Part shown: one piece after another, positions 28,912-43,095 of the stretch
Position numbering within the stretch: position 1 is the first letter of the stretch
Layout: each line of letters starts with the position of its first letter
Assembly: GCA_964016885.1 (NCBI GenBank)
Contig: OZ024747.1
Coordinates: 51,708,001 to 51,772,000 of the forward strand
Direction: 5' to 3'
Length of the DNA stretch: 64,000 nt
Origin: Eledone cirrhosa
Taxonomy: Eukaryota
Notes under the pieces: generated by a model
What the model was told of the DNA's origin: nothing
What the model saw: the letters and a program-made list of their open reading frames with translations, nothing else
Databases searched by the model: none
Program-made: the position numbers and the translations under genes

Positions 28912-30863
28912 TTGTTACAGTAGTTGCTGTTACAGTAGTTGATGTTACAACAGTTGCTGTTACAGTAGTTGATGTTACAACAGTTGCTCTTACAGTAGCT
29001 GATGTTACAACAGTTGCTGTTACAATAGTTGATGTTACAGTAGTTGATGTTAAAATAGTTGCTGTTACAGTAGTTGATGTTACAGTAGTTGATGTTACAA
29101 TAGTTGCTGTTACAATAGTTGATGTTATAAGAGTTGCTGTTACAATAATTGATGTTACAGTAGTTGATGTTACAACACTTGCTGTTACAGTAGCTGATGT
29201 TACAACAGTTGCTGTTACAATAGTTGATGTTACAACAGTTGTTGTTACAATGGTTGATGTTACAGAAGTTGATGTTACAACAGTTGCTGTTACAGTAGTT
29301 GCTCTTACAGTAATGCTGTTACAATAGTTGCTGTTACAATAGTTGCTGTTACAGTAGTTGATGTTACAATAGTTGGTGTTACAGTAGTTGGTGTTACAAT
29401 AGTTGCTGTTACAATAGTTGCTATTACAGTAGTTTCTGTTACAGTAGATACTGTTACAGTAGTTGATGTTACACTAGTTGTTGTTACAGTAGTTGATGTT
29501 ACAGTAGTTGATGTTACAGTAATTGATGTTACAGTAGTTGCTGTTACATTAGTTGATGTTACAGTAGTTGCTGTTACAGTAGTTGATGTTACAGTAGTTG
29601 ATGTTACAGTAGTTGATGTTACAGTAGTTGCTGTTACAATAGTTGATGTTATAGTAGTTGATGTTACAGTAGTTGATGTTACAACAGTTGCTGTTACAGT
29701 AGTTTCTGTTACAATAGTTGATGTTACAGTAGTTGCTGTTACAATAGTTTCTGTTACAATAGTTGCTGTTACAACAGTTGCTGTTACATTAGTTGATGTT
29801 ACAATAGGTGATGTTACAGTGGTTGATGTTACAGTAGTTGCTGTTACAGTAGTTGATGTTACAGTAGTTGCTGTTACAACAGTTGCTGTTACAGTAGTTG
29901 ATGTTACAGTAGTTGATGTTACAGTAGTTGATGTTACAGTAGTTGATGTTACAGTAGTTGATGTTACAACAGTTGCTGTTGCAGTAGTTTCTGTTACAGT
30001 AGTTGTTGTGACAGTAGTTGATGTTACAGTAGTTGCTGTTACAACAGGTGCTGTTACAGTAGTTGATGTTACAATAGTTGATGTTACAGTAGTTGATGTT
30101 ACAGTAGTTGTTGTTGCAGTAGTTGATGTTACAATAGTTGCTGTTACAGTAGTTGCTGTTACAATAGTTGCTGTTACAGTTGTTGATGTTACAGTAGTTG
30201 CTGTTACAGTAGTTGATGTTACAATAGTTGCTGTTACAATAGTTGCTGTTACAATAGTTGATGTTACAGTAGTTGATGTTACAGTAGTTGCTGTTACAGT
30301 AGTTGCTGTTACAACAGTTGCTGTTACAGTAGTTGATTATACAGTAGTTGATGTTACAGTAGTTTCTGTTACAATAGTTAATGTTACAGTAGTTGATGTT
30401 ACAGTAGTTGATGTTACAGTAGTTTATGTTACAGTAGTTGATGTTACAACAGTTGCTGTTGCAGTAGTTTCTGTTACAGTAGTTGTTGTGACAGTAGTTG
30501 ATGTTACAATAATTGATGTTACAACAGTTGATGTTACACTAGTTGATGTTACAGTAGTTGATGTTACAGTAACTGATGTTAAAACAGTCGCTGTTACAAT
30601 AGTTGCTGTGACAGTAGTTGATGTTACAATAGTTGATGTTACAATAATTGATGTTACAACAGTTGATGTTACAATAGTTGATGTTACAGTAGTTGATGTT
30701 ACAACAGTCGCTGTTACAGTAGTTGCTGTGACAGTAGTTGATATTACAATAGTTGATGTTACAAAAATTGATGTTACAACAGTTGATGTTACAATAGTTG
30801 ATGTTACAGTAGTTGATGTTACAGTAGCTGATGTTAAAACAGTCGCTGTTACAATAGTTGCTG
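28912..30863. repeat. 15-bp minisatellite (GTTACAGTAGTTGAT / GTTACAATAGTTGCT)
   Basis: About 130 units by length. Confidence 0.95.
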
Positions 30864-31025
30864 CAGATATTGGTAGAAAGTCAGATACCATGCTTTGCAG
30901 TACAGAGTTATGGCCCTTCCGCCGATGTTAACTTTGCCTTTCATCCTTACGGGGTCAATAAAATAAAGTACCAGTAATACATTGAGGTATTTGCAGGCCT
31001 TGTGCCAAAAGTAGAAACAATTATT
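30864..31025 (+). mobile_element. Degenerate SINE between two satellites
   Basis: Family consensus match with an internal deletion. Confidence 0.8.
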
Positions 31026-31089
31026 ACAGTAGTAGTTGTTGCATGTTGATTACAGGACTTGTTGATGTTGCAGTAGTTGTTTTTGTTGA

Positions 31090-34000
31090 TGTTAAATCAG
31101 CTGTTGTTGTTATAGTTGTAGATGTTGTTGTTGTTATAGTTGTAGATGTCGTTGTTGTTGTTGATATAGTTGTAGATGTTGTTGTTGTTGTTGTTGTTAT
31201 AGTTGTAGTTGTTGTTGTTATAGTTGTAGATGTCGTTGTTGTTGTTATAGTTGTAGATGTTGTTGTTGTTGTTATAGTTGTAGATGTCGTTGTTGTTGTT
31301 ATAGTTGTAGTTGTTGTTGTTGTTGTTATAGTTATAGTTGTTGTTGTAGTTATAGTTATAGTTGTTGTTGTTGTTATAGTTGTATATGTTGTTATTGATG
31401 TTATAGTTGTAGTTGTTGTTGTTATAGTTGTAGTTGTGGTTGTTGTTGTTATAGTTGTAGATGTTGTTGTTGTTGTTATAGTTGTTGTTGTTGTTGTTAT
31501 AGTTGTAGATGTTGTTGTTGTTGTTATAGTTGTAGTTGTTGTTATAGTTGTAGTTGTTGTTGTTGTTGTACTTGTAGATGTTGTTGTTGTTGTTGTTATA
31601 GTTGTAGATGTTGTTGTTGATGTTATAGTTGTTGTTGTTGTTATAGTTGTAGTTGTTGTTGTTGTTATAGTTATAGATGTTGTTGTTGTTGTTATAGTTG
31701 TAGATGTTGTTATTGTTGTTGTTATAGTTGTAGTTGGTGTTGTTGTTATAGTTGTAGTTGTTGTTGTTATAGTTGTAGATGTTGTTGTTGTTATAGTTGT
31801 AGATGTTGTTGTTGTTATAGTAGTAGGTGCTGTTGTTGTTGTTATAGTTGTAGATGTTGTTGTTATAGTTGTAGATGTTGTTGTTGTTGTTATAGTTGTA
31901 GCTGTTGTTGTTGTTGTTATAGTTGTAGTTGTTGTTGTTGTTGTTGTTGTTATAGTTGTAGATGTTGTTGTTGTTATAGTGGTAGATGTTGTTGTTGTTA
32001 TAGTTGTAGGTGTTGTTGTTGTTGTTATAGTTGTAGTTGTTGTTGTTGTTGTTGTTATAGTTGTAGTTGTTGTTGTTGTTATAGTTGTAGTTGTTGTTGT
32101 TGTTGTTGTTATAGTTGTAGTTGTTGTCGTTGTTATAGTTGTAGATGTTGTTGTTGTTGTTATTGTTGTAGATGTTGTTGTTGGTATAGTTGTAGTTGTT
32201 GTTGTTGTTGTTATAGTTGTAGATGTTGTTGTTATAGTTGTAGATGTTGTTGTTGTTGTTGTTGTAGTTGTTGTTGTTGTTATAGTTGTAGATGTCGTTG
32301 TTATAGTTGTAGATGTTGTTGATGTTATAGTTGTAGATGTTGTTGTTGTTGTTATTGTTGTAGATGTTGTTGTTGTTGTTATAATTCTAGTTGTTGTTGT
32401 TGTTGTTATAGTTGTAGATGTTATTGTAGTTGTTGTTGTTGTTGTTGTTATAGTTGTAGATGTCGTTGTTGTTGTTATAGTTGTAGATGCTGTTGTTGTT
32501 ATAGTTGTAGTTGTTGTTATTATAGTTGTAGTTGTTGTTGTTGTTATAGTTGTAGATGTTGTTGTTGTTATAGTTGTAGATGTTGTTGTTGTTATAGTTG
32601 TAGATGTTGTTGTTGTTGTTATAGTTGTAGATGTTGTTGTTGTTGTTGTTATAGTTGTAAGTGTTGTTGTTGTTGTTATAGTTGTAGATGTTGTTGTTGT
32701 TATAGTTGTAGTTGTTGTTGTTGTTGTTATAGTTGGAGTTGCTGTTGTTGTTGTTATAGTTATAGTTGTTGTTGTTGTTGTGTTATAGTTGTAGATGTTG
32801 TTGTTGTTATAGTTGTTGTTGTTGTTGTTGTTGTTATAGTTGTAGATGTTGTTGTTGTTGTTATAGTTGTAGATGTTGTTGTTGTTGTTATAGTTGTAGT
32901 TGTTGTTGTTGTTGTTATAGTTGTAGATGTTGTTGTTGTTATAGTTGTAGTTGTTGTTGTTGTTGTTATAGTTGTAGATGTTGTTGTTGTTGTTATAGTT
33001 GTAGTTGTTGTTGTTGTGTTATAGTTGTAGATGTTGTTGTTGTTGTTATAGTTGTAGATGTTGTTGTTATAGTTGTAGATGTTGTTGTTGTTGTTATAGT
33101 TGTAGTTGTTGTTGTTGTTATAGTTGTAGATGGTGTTGTTGTTGTTATAGTTGTAGTTGTTGTTGTTATAGTTGTAGATGTTGTTGTTGTTGTTATAGTT
33201 GCAGATGTTGTTGTTGTTGTTATAGTTGTAGGTGTTGTTGTTGTTGTTATAGTTGTAGATGTTGTTGTTGTGTTATAGTTGTAGATGTTGTTGTTGTTGT
33301 TATAGTTGTAGATGTCGTTGTTGTTGTTATAGTTGTAGATGTTATTGTAGTTGTTGTTGTTGTGTTATAGTTGTAGATGTTGTTGTTGTTGTTATAGTTG
33401 TAGATGTTGTTGTTGTTGTTATATTTGTAGATGTTGTTGTTGATGTTATAGTTGTAGATGGTGTTGCTGTTGTTATAGTTGTAGATGTTGTTGTTGATGT
33501 TATAGTTGTAGATGTTGTTGTTGATGTTATAGTTGTAGATGTTGTTGTTGTTGTTGTTGTTGTTATAGTTGTAGATGTTGTTGTTGTTGTTATAGTTGTA
33601 GATGTTGTTGTTGTTGTTATAGTTGTAGTTGTTGTTGTTGTTATAGTTGTAGATGTTGTTGTTGTTGTTATAGTTGTAGATTTTGTTGTTGTTGTTATAG
33701 TTGTAGTTGTTGTTGTTGTTATAGTTGTAGATGTTGTTGTTGTTGTTATAGTTGTAGATGTTGTTGTTGTTGTTATAGTTGTAGTTGTTGTTGTTGTTAT
33801 AGTTGTAGATGTTGTTGTTGTTGTTATAGTTGTAGATTTTGTTGTTGTTGTTATAGTTGTAGTTGTTGTTGTTGTTATAGTTGTAGATGTTGTTGTTGTT
33901 GTTATAGTTGTAGATGTTGTTGTTGATGTTATAGTTGTAGTTGTTGTTGTTGTTATAGTTGTAGATGTTGTTGTTGTTGTTATAATTGTAGATGTTGTTG

Positions 34001-34235
34001 TTGTTGTTATAGTTGTAGATGTTGTTGTTGATGTTATAGTTGTAGATGTTGTTGTTGATGTTATAGTTGTAGATGTTGTTGTTGTTGTTGTTGTTATAGT
34101 TGTAGATGTTGTTGTTGTTGTTATAGTTGTAGATGTTGTTGTTGTTGTTATAGTTGTAGTTGTTGTTGTTGTTATAGTTGTAGATGTTGTTGTTGTTGTT
34201 ATAGTTGTAGATGTTGTTGTTGATGTTATAGTCGT
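31090..34235. repeat. Variable-length minisatellite ATAGTTGTAGAT(GTT)n
   Basis: Direct inspection. Confidence 0.95.
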
Positions 34236-34802
34236 TGTGTTGACGTTTTGGCTATTGTATTGTTTTAGACTTTCTTGTCATTTTTTGAAAAGTGCCAAAG
34301 CAAACGATTTATAATATTTGGTCTCATACAGTCTAAGTTGTCGTTCAGATATATGTATCACCTCATGTTTCTGTGTCCGTGTTCTCGCTTCTGTGTTCCC
34401 CAGCATAACTGCTGTTAAAAACCCTCGTCTGCCATAACATTCACTTAGTTATTTGTCAATTAGTAACAGATAAATGATGTTCTCTTGTCGCTTTACTTGA
34501 CTACAGCCCTTCAAAACAACTTAGTCTTCCTCAACATCCAAAACATAAACATACACATACCGACCATAATTAAATATGGAATGATACGCGATGAGGCCCC
34601 TCCACAGCCCCGGCGGTCAGAATGGAGAAGGCGTTTCCTCGGAGGATGGCAAGGGAGACGCGCTGGAAAAGCCACTCCAACTGGCGGGGCTCACACCTAT
34701 GTTGTAAAATGGCTGCAGTCTGATAACTAATATCAATAAACAGAAACACCTATATACCTGAATGCATGCCTATATAAACATATGATTCCCAAATGTGTAT
34801 AT

Positions 34803-34908
<106 letters not shown>

Positions 34909-34945
34909 CCATTGAAGTTTATCTAAATACATTATATTATATATA

Positions 34946-35692
34946 GGGCGGAGGATTGGCGGTATCGGTAGAGGGTTGGACGCCATGCTTTGACGCATAG
35001 AGTTACGGTCCTTGCCATTCTGAGTTCAAATCCCGCCGAGGGTAACTTTGCCTTTCATCCGTTCGGGGTCGATAAAATAAAGTACCAGTAATACACTGGG
35101 TAATTGCTAGCCTTGTGCCCAATGTAGAAACAATTACATTATATATTATATATTATATATTATATTATATTATGTTATATTAGATAAGGGCGGTGGATTG
35201 GCAGTATCGGTAGAGGGTCGGACGCCATGCTTTCCAGCACAGTTACGTCCCTTTACGATCTGAGTTCAAATCCCGCCGAGGTTGACTTTGCCTTTCATCC
35301 TTACGGGGGTCGATAAAATGCACCAGTAATGCACTGGGTAATTGCTGGCCTTGTGCCTAACGTAGAAACAATTATGTTATATTAGATATATTATATTATA
35401 TGTTATATTATATTACTGCGCGTAAGTTCTGTTGTTACTATGAATAATCTTGTAACTCAAAAGTTAAAACAGAGCCTAATCTCAGTAAGATAATAAAAGT
35501 ATATAATTATTTCTTACTTTTAGCACAAGGCCAGCAAGTATATCAGTGCATTACTGATACTTTATTTTATCGACCCGTAAGGATGAAAGGCAAAGTTAAC
35601 CCTGGCGGGATTTGAACTCAGACCATAAAGGGCCGTAACTCTTTGCTGCAATGCATGGCGTCCGACCCTCTACCGATACTGCCAATCCACCG
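34946..35692. mobile_element. Three SINE copies (34946-35135 +, 35188-35373 +, 35507-35692 -)
   Basis: Family consensus matches. Confidence 0.9.
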
Positions 35693-36198
35693 CATTGGCG
35701 TTAGCCACATTTCCCTTATGTTTACAAACGTACGGATATATGTATGTATATATGTCTATACATAGATATATATGCCTCTATGTATAAATTTATGAACTTA
35801 TATATTATGTATGTATGTATATATAATTGTATGTATGTATGTATATATAATTGTACGTAGGTATATATGTAAGTATGTATGTATGTATATGAATGTATGC
35901 ATGTATTTATGTATGTATGCATGCATTTACATATGCTTGTATACATGTATGTATGTATGCACGTATACATGTATGTGCATGTGTATACATGCTTATATTT
36001 ATACATATCTATGTATACATCACTAGGTGTATATTTGCATGTATTGGCTCTTTAATATTTACTACATCCTTTTACTTTTCTAAAACATTTATTGAGTGTT
36101 GAGTCTACATCCGGCGTGCAACCATTGATATTGCATAAAGGTAATACTAACATAGTATCATGTATATTTCCACTGCCTTGCTGTTACAGAGAGCATAC

Positions 36199-36277
<79 letters not shown>

Positions 36278-36390
36278 GAGAGAGGGAGAGAGATTAAATC
36301 ATCGATTCCATTTGATCTTTGTAAAACGCAACCATCTAATATTGGTGCTCAAACAAAGTGACTTATAGATAAATAAAATAATACTTCAAT

Positions 36391-36450
<60 letters not shown>

Positions 36451-37396
36451 AGCACGTGTATATTTAAGTAAATACGTGTGTATTTACTTAGGTATAAGTG
36501 TAAAACTATGATCTAGCTATTCCAGTATCTCCAAGTTCCTCATTAGTTTTCCATTAACATTCTCTTTCTCCTTTGTTACATATGTCATATTTACGTCTGA
36601 CGAACGACTAAATCCCCTTGTATTGCCCAGTTATTTTATAATAATTCTCACTGGTATATTTATGTTATATTTGCATATATGTCCACTTATCAGCGTCCAT
36701 CCAACATTGTTCGTTCCTATGACTTATGACTGTGTATATTACAATTTCATACGGTTGGTAATTGTCATTATGTATGATTTTCATTGTTTATGCCTACTAT
36801 AAAATGCTTTACATGTACGTGTTAATTTCTAAACCTTCCAACCCTTAGAAAGGTAGAAACGACATGTCATTTTGAAGTTGTGATTCAATTAAATACTACG
36901 TCCTCAGAGTCAGAACTTGTTGCACACATCACACTACATCATGCATAATAGATTTAACTTATACACTGACACATAGACACACAGACACGCACACAGTCAG
37001 GCACACAGACACTCTCATTCATTCACACACATACGCACCCACACACACATGCACCTATTCTCCACTCTTAACTTTTTCACATCTTAGTGTCCTTCTTTGT
37101 CTGTACATTGGAAACGGTCCTTATTCTCTTCCGTTTTACTATTTCTCTCCTTTCTATATTTTTCTCCTTTGACTAAGCACTTGTAACACTCTATATTTGT
37201 GTAATTTGCTTTAAGGCATAACTTGTCTCTACCTGTTTTGTTATGATCCAATGTGCACTGGAATATAACGGTATCGACATAAATATCCGAAACCGTAGTG
37301 ATTTCCAGAGGATGACTGCGGAGATGGAGCTGTCCGACATTCCGTTTTTATTCCATTGTATTTGTCCTGTGCACACCCTATTTTGAATATATATAT

Positions 37397-37862
37397 ATAG
37401 AAAGAGGATTTCACTCCAAGCATAGCGTTATACAGATATGTATAGAAATTTCGTATTTCTAAAGAAATACGGTTTAGGAAGCCGTAGCTATGCAAACACC
37501 GGGGCTAACGCTCTCTGGTGGTGTCCAGCAGAAGCAAGGGGGACAACCGTCTATGCATTTCAGGCTTGACTGGCCTTCTTCAGGACGGTCCCTCCCACCG
37601 CTTGCGACTGCTGGACTAGAAGACAGGCGAGAATATATAGTTTTCTCGTCTGTGTAAATGGAGTGATTAATCTCATTTGCATATGAAGCTGCATAAGTTG
37701 GCTCAACTTATAATAGAATAGAAATAGGATTTCGCTTCAAGCATAGCTTTATACACATATGTATTGCTTCTGTTGGACATCACCAGAGGGCGTTAGGCCC
37801 GGTGGTTGCATAGCTACGGCTTCCTAAAACCGTGTTTCTTTAGAAATATGAAATTTCTATAC
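37397..37862 (-). mobile_element. Non-coding mini-element (retrozyme-like): 47-nt direct terminal repeats, hammerhead, inverted arm
   Basis: Direct repeat 37397-37443 / 37718-37764. Inverted repeat 37440-37536 / 37765-37862. Internal HHR; (TA)n and (CA)n flanks. Confidence 0.8.
37545..37590 (-). ncRNA. Minimal type I hammerhead ribozyme (intact core)
   Basis: GACCGTC-CTGAAGA-AGGC(CAGTCAA)GCCT-GAAA-TGCA-TA-GACGGTT. Stem III is palindromic (ATGCAT); predicted cleavage between 37552 and 37551. Confidence 0.92.
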
Positions 37863-38146
37863 ACACACACACATATATATACATATATATATAATGGCTG
37901 TTTTCAAATATTGAGAGAGTAAGGAAATATTGGGAAATTCTAACGTGAGATATAGTTAGTTAAATATTGATGAGATATAGTTAGTTAAGTATTAAACATA
38001 GTTTTTTTTTTAGTTAGAAAAATAAAATAAAATGAAACAAAAGAGAAGAAATGGGAATGGAAGAAAAGGTATGGAATTAGCTGGACGGTATATCACTAAA
38101 GATTTGCTGTGGAAAAGAATCCTTCCTCAGATGTGAGGCTTATATA

Positions 38147-38252
<106 letters not shown>

Positions 38253-38330
38253 TGTATGTGTGAGTATATATATATATATATATATATTATTCAAAATATT
38301 AACAAACGAATATATTCACATAATCAAAAT

Positions 38331-38403
38331 ATATGCTTTATTATATATATTTCGAAGGTACTGTGTTGTTGTTTTTTCAGTACGTCCTCGTCAGATAAAA
38401 TAT
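38331..38403 (-). ncRNA. PLE hammerhead, inverted-arm copy
   Basis: TTTAT-CTGACGA-GGACGTACTG...CAGTACCTTC-GAAA-TATATA-TA-ATAAA. Confidence 0.85.
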
Positions 38404-39620
38404 ATGATTTGATATATGACATACCTCTCTACGGTCTTGATATTTCAATTCCAGCACTGGCAGTGATTTATTTCATCAAATCTCAACATTTATATACCAC
38501 AAATAATAATATGATAAACTTAAAGAAGAAAAGGACGTGGAGCGAATTAGAGATATAAGAGAGGGTGTAAAGAAGAGGCGATGCAAGAAAATAATAACAA
38601 AAATAAAAAAATAAAAAAATACATATATAAATATTTAAATGAATAAATAGATGGGTGAATAGAGGAAGAAATATATATAAAAAAGAAGAAAATATTTATT
38701 GAATTAAAAGTTTATATAATATAATTTAACTCATTATAGATTTTAATTTCTGGTTTAGGTAATATATTTCATAAGTATTTTGTTACAACTTTTAAAAAAA
38801 TGTATATTTAAAGTATATTTAAATAATTATTAAACATGTATTAAAATATATATTAAAATACATGCATATATCCCCTTTATAAAATCGTTTCAAATCTTTA
38901 ATTATCATATAATTACAGGATTAAATTTTAGTTATATTTACTCACAAAAGTTTTATTTCGTTAATTTATATTTACTTCAGTAATTACAAATTATTACAAT
39001 TTCTTTTTAAAGAAATTCTTATATTATTCAACTATATAATTTATCTCAAAAATTAAAATAGCAAGCTATTCAAACAGAATAAAAATATTTACGAAGAATG
39101 TAAACAAAAGGAAGATAACTCATTCACTATATGTGAGCTTTAAACAATATATCTACTCTGAAATCTAGTGATATTTCTAAACCATAAATCAACAATTGTC
39201 AAGTTAAATATTGAACTGTCCTGATCAAAGCATAGGATACAGAGACTCATAATGAAATTATTATACTAGATAAAACATCAATACATTATTACTCCAGTAA
39301 GGCATAAATTATAAATATATTTATAAATTTATTAATTGTCAATATTTTTTCGAAACTTGTACAATGCTTGGAATGTTTTACCGGTTCTATGTTGGCAGCT
39401 GCTAAATAATTCATTCTTCTTGTTAAGTAAATTGTCATAATTTGTAATTATCAATAGATAATTGAATAATATTAAAACTCCAGGAAAATTTTCTTGTTGT
39501 GTGCTTTCAATCTATTGTAAAACTGTATTCATTGAGTAATCAATGAACCATATTAATCTTTGGTCATGTTTAGCTCCCTGGAGGTTCAGCGCCTCTTCTG
39601 CAATAGATTACTAATAAGTG

Positions 39621-41975
39621 ATGGAGTTCTTTAGGATTTCTTCATCTCTCAAAAATATACCTTTACCATCTAACGAAGAATATATGAAAAAACTTATTGC
39701 ACAAACCAACTCCTTCATAAGAAGACTGCGGTGGCGTGCTTTCCACTTTGAAAATAAAGAGAAAACGGATAAGAAAAACACCAACCACAATTTCGAACAT
39801 ATTTTTAAATCTAGAAAAAATCCTCCTTACAACAAACTCTTGGCTAATTTCGAAAACGAAATTATAAATATATTAAGGAATATAACATTTAAAATAAAAA
39901 CATATAGAGGCCAAGAATACCTTAGAGGTCTAAAGGAAAAAATTAATGACATACCGAAAGTAAACAAAATATTAGTGAAATCAGAGAAAACAAACAACCT
40001 ATATGGGATTGAAAGAACAAAATATAACGACTTAAATTTTAAAGAATTGAGAAAAAATTACAAAAAGGCCCCAAGTGAAGATTTATTGGATATTAATAAT
40101 GATGCATTTGATATTATCACTAATCTCGGAATAGAGCGGAAAACCAAACCCTTCATACCAAAGCAACCACGTATGAATTTTAAAGACCATAAAAGTAATT
40201 TTGAAGAAGTCTTACCTGTTAGACTTATTGTACCTTCGAAATCAGATCTTGGAATAATTAGTAAAAACATTATAGATAGGATTTTACCAACGCTTAAATT
40301 TAGGTCAAGGCTAAACCTATGGAAGGGCACTAATGAAGTCATAGATTGGTTTAATAATATCGAAAATAAAAAAAACCATAAGTTCATTCAAATGGACATA
40401 GCGAGTTATTATTCCTCAATAACTCCTAACCAACTAAATAAGGCGCTATCATATGCATATAAGTACACGGATCTATCTAGTGATGAGATAAATATTATTT
40501 TAACTGCAAGGCGAACATTGATAGAATTTAATAATCATCTTTGGACTAGATCCGATAGGCAGTGGACTAGATCCGATAGGTAGAAGAACTTTGACATTAC
40601 TATGGGCTCGTCTGATTCGGCGCAAGTTACCGATCTTGTAGGAATTTTCATCCTTAACATGATAAATAGAAAACTGCCGGAGATTACTGGTGGTTTATAT
40701 AGAGACGACATATTATTTATTGTAGAAAAACATAATAATAGCGAATTAAATAGAGTAAAGAAAGTAATTATAGAATTTTTTAAAAATTATGACATGAAAT
40801 TAGAAGTAGAAAATAACAATAAAATAGTTAATTTTTTGGACGTAACTTTTAATTTGAACTCAGGCCTTTATTACCCTTTCCATAAACTCAATTAGAACTT
40901 AAATTATGTTAGTTTTTATTCTAATCATCCTAAAAGTGTTAAGAATGCAATAGTCAACAGTGTACAACAACGATTATCCAGACTACCTGCTAATAGATCC
41001 ATATTTAATAGTAAAGCCGTATATTATAATGATGCTTTACGTAAAGCTGGTTATAAAAATAATATTGAGTATATAGAAAAAATACTGAAAATAGTATTAA
41101 GTATAATCACAGTATTCATATAATAATAATAATAATAATAAAATTGACTATAAAAACAACAACTTGAGGAATAAATCGAGGAAAAAAATAAGAACTAGAT
41201 CTATAATTTGGTCTGCTCCGCCAGCATCTTTAGCTATTAAAACACCTTTAGCACACTTATTTGTTAAAGTCTTGGATAAATGCTTCCCTAGATCACATAA
41301 ATATTACTCTATCTTCAATAGATAACACAGTTAAACTCTCTTATTCAACAACTATGTATATTGCTCAAAATATAGCAAAAAATAAATAGTAAAAATCTTA
41401 ATTTGAACCAACATATAAATAGCGATAATAACAATAATAATAATACATTATTTAATGGGAATAATAATAATAATAACTTAAATACGAATAATAGTAGAAC
41501 ACCTTTAGATAATAATAATAATAATAATAATAATATGAATAGTTTAGGATATAGAAATAACATCGAGAAGAAATGTAACTGTAGAAGGAAGTCAGAATGT
41601 CCCTTACAAAATAACTGCCTTGACAAGAATCTAATATATAAATGCACCATTAAGACAAATAATAATATATATAACTACATTGGTGCCACTTCATCTCGGT
41701 TTAAGGTTCGTTGGTACAATCATAAATATTTCTTTTCGAAACCAGACAATAAATCTTCAACTTCACTCTGACAATTAATATGGTCTTTGAAGGACAAGAA
41801 TATTAAATACTTCACACGGTTAAAGTTTGCCAATTCCTATCAAAACGCATCCATTTCGCCAAATTGCAATCTTTGCAATCTCGAAACTCTATAGATAATT
41901 ACAAATTATGACAATTTAATTAACAAGAAGAATGAATTATTTAGCAGCTGCCAACATAGAACCGGTAAAACATTT
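39621..41975 (+). pseudogene. PLE reverse transcriptase / GIY-YIG endonuclease ORF, disrupted
   Basis: RT motifs FIQMDIASYYSSI, FDITMGSSDSAQVTDLVG, GLYRDD, NFLDVTFNL. Endonuclease CNCRRKSECPLQNNCL..LIY...YIGATSSRFKVRWYNHK...CNLC...LINKKNELFSSCQH. Stops at 40581, 40893 and 41769, plus frameshifts. Confidence 0.93.
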
Positions 41976-43095
41976 CAAGCATTGTACAAGTTTCGAAAGA
42001 ATATTGACAATTAATAATTTTATAAATATATTTATAATTTTTGCCTTACTGGAGTAATAATGTATTGATGTTTTATCTAGTATAATAATTTCATTATGAG
42101 TCTCTGTATCCTACGTTTTGATCAGGACAGTTCAATATTTAACTTGACAATTGTTGATTTATGGTTTAGAAATATCACTAGATTTCAGAGTAGATATATT
42201 GTTTAAAGCTCACATAAATCTTCGTAAATATTTTTATTCTGTTTGAATAGCTTGCTATTTTAATTTTTGTCATAAATTATATAGTTGAATAATATAAGAA
42301 TTTTTTTAAAAGGAAACTGTAATAATTTGTAATTACTGAAGTAAATATAAATTAACGAAATAAAACTTTTGAGAGTAAATATAACTAAAATTTAATCCAG
42401 TAATTATATGATAATTAAAGATTTGAAACGATTTTATAAAGTGGATATATGCATGTGTTTTAATATATATTTTAATACATGTCTAATAATTATTTAAATA
42501 TGCTTTAACATAAATTGTTTTAAAGTTGTAACAAAATACTTATGGAATATATTACCTAAGCCATAAATTAAAATCTATAACGAGTTAAATTAAATTCTAT
42601 AAACTTTTAATTCAATAAATATGTGACTGCTTCTGAAAGGAAATGTATATTTATTAATTTTGATATATTATATAAGTTTAATTAGCTTAACCATAACCAA
42701 ATACTAGAGATATTCAATGGTTTATGGTAATTGATTGGTTGCCTCAATTGACCTATTATTTGAAAATAACGTTTTTTTTTGTACCTATCCCCTCCATAAT
42801 TTCTTTTGTCGTTATTTCTTCTTTCTTCTTTTTCTTCTTTTTTATATATATTTCTTCCTCTATTCACCCATCTATTTATTCATTTAAATTCTTTTTTATT
42901 TTTTTTTTTTTTTCTTGCATCTCCTCTTCTTTACACCCTCTCTTATATCTCTTATTCGCTCCACGTCCTTTTCTTCTTTAAGTTTATCATATTATTATTT
43001 GTGGTATATAAATGTTGAGATTTTATGAAATAAATCACTGCCAATACTGGAATTGAAATATCAAGACCGTAGAGATATGTCATATATCAAATCAT

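Noticed and set aside
29819-34314. Val-rich or Thr-rich (mucin-like) ORFs
   Set aside because: Translations of minisatellites with internal frameshifts.
34560-34730. GC-richer patch with an 81-aa ORF, possible exon
   Set aside because: No recognisable domain and no supportable splice structure.
36598-36870. CTGACGA ... GAAACGACATGTC as a split hammerhead
   Set aside because: The halves are about 250 nt apart and no stem I or stem II pairing was found.
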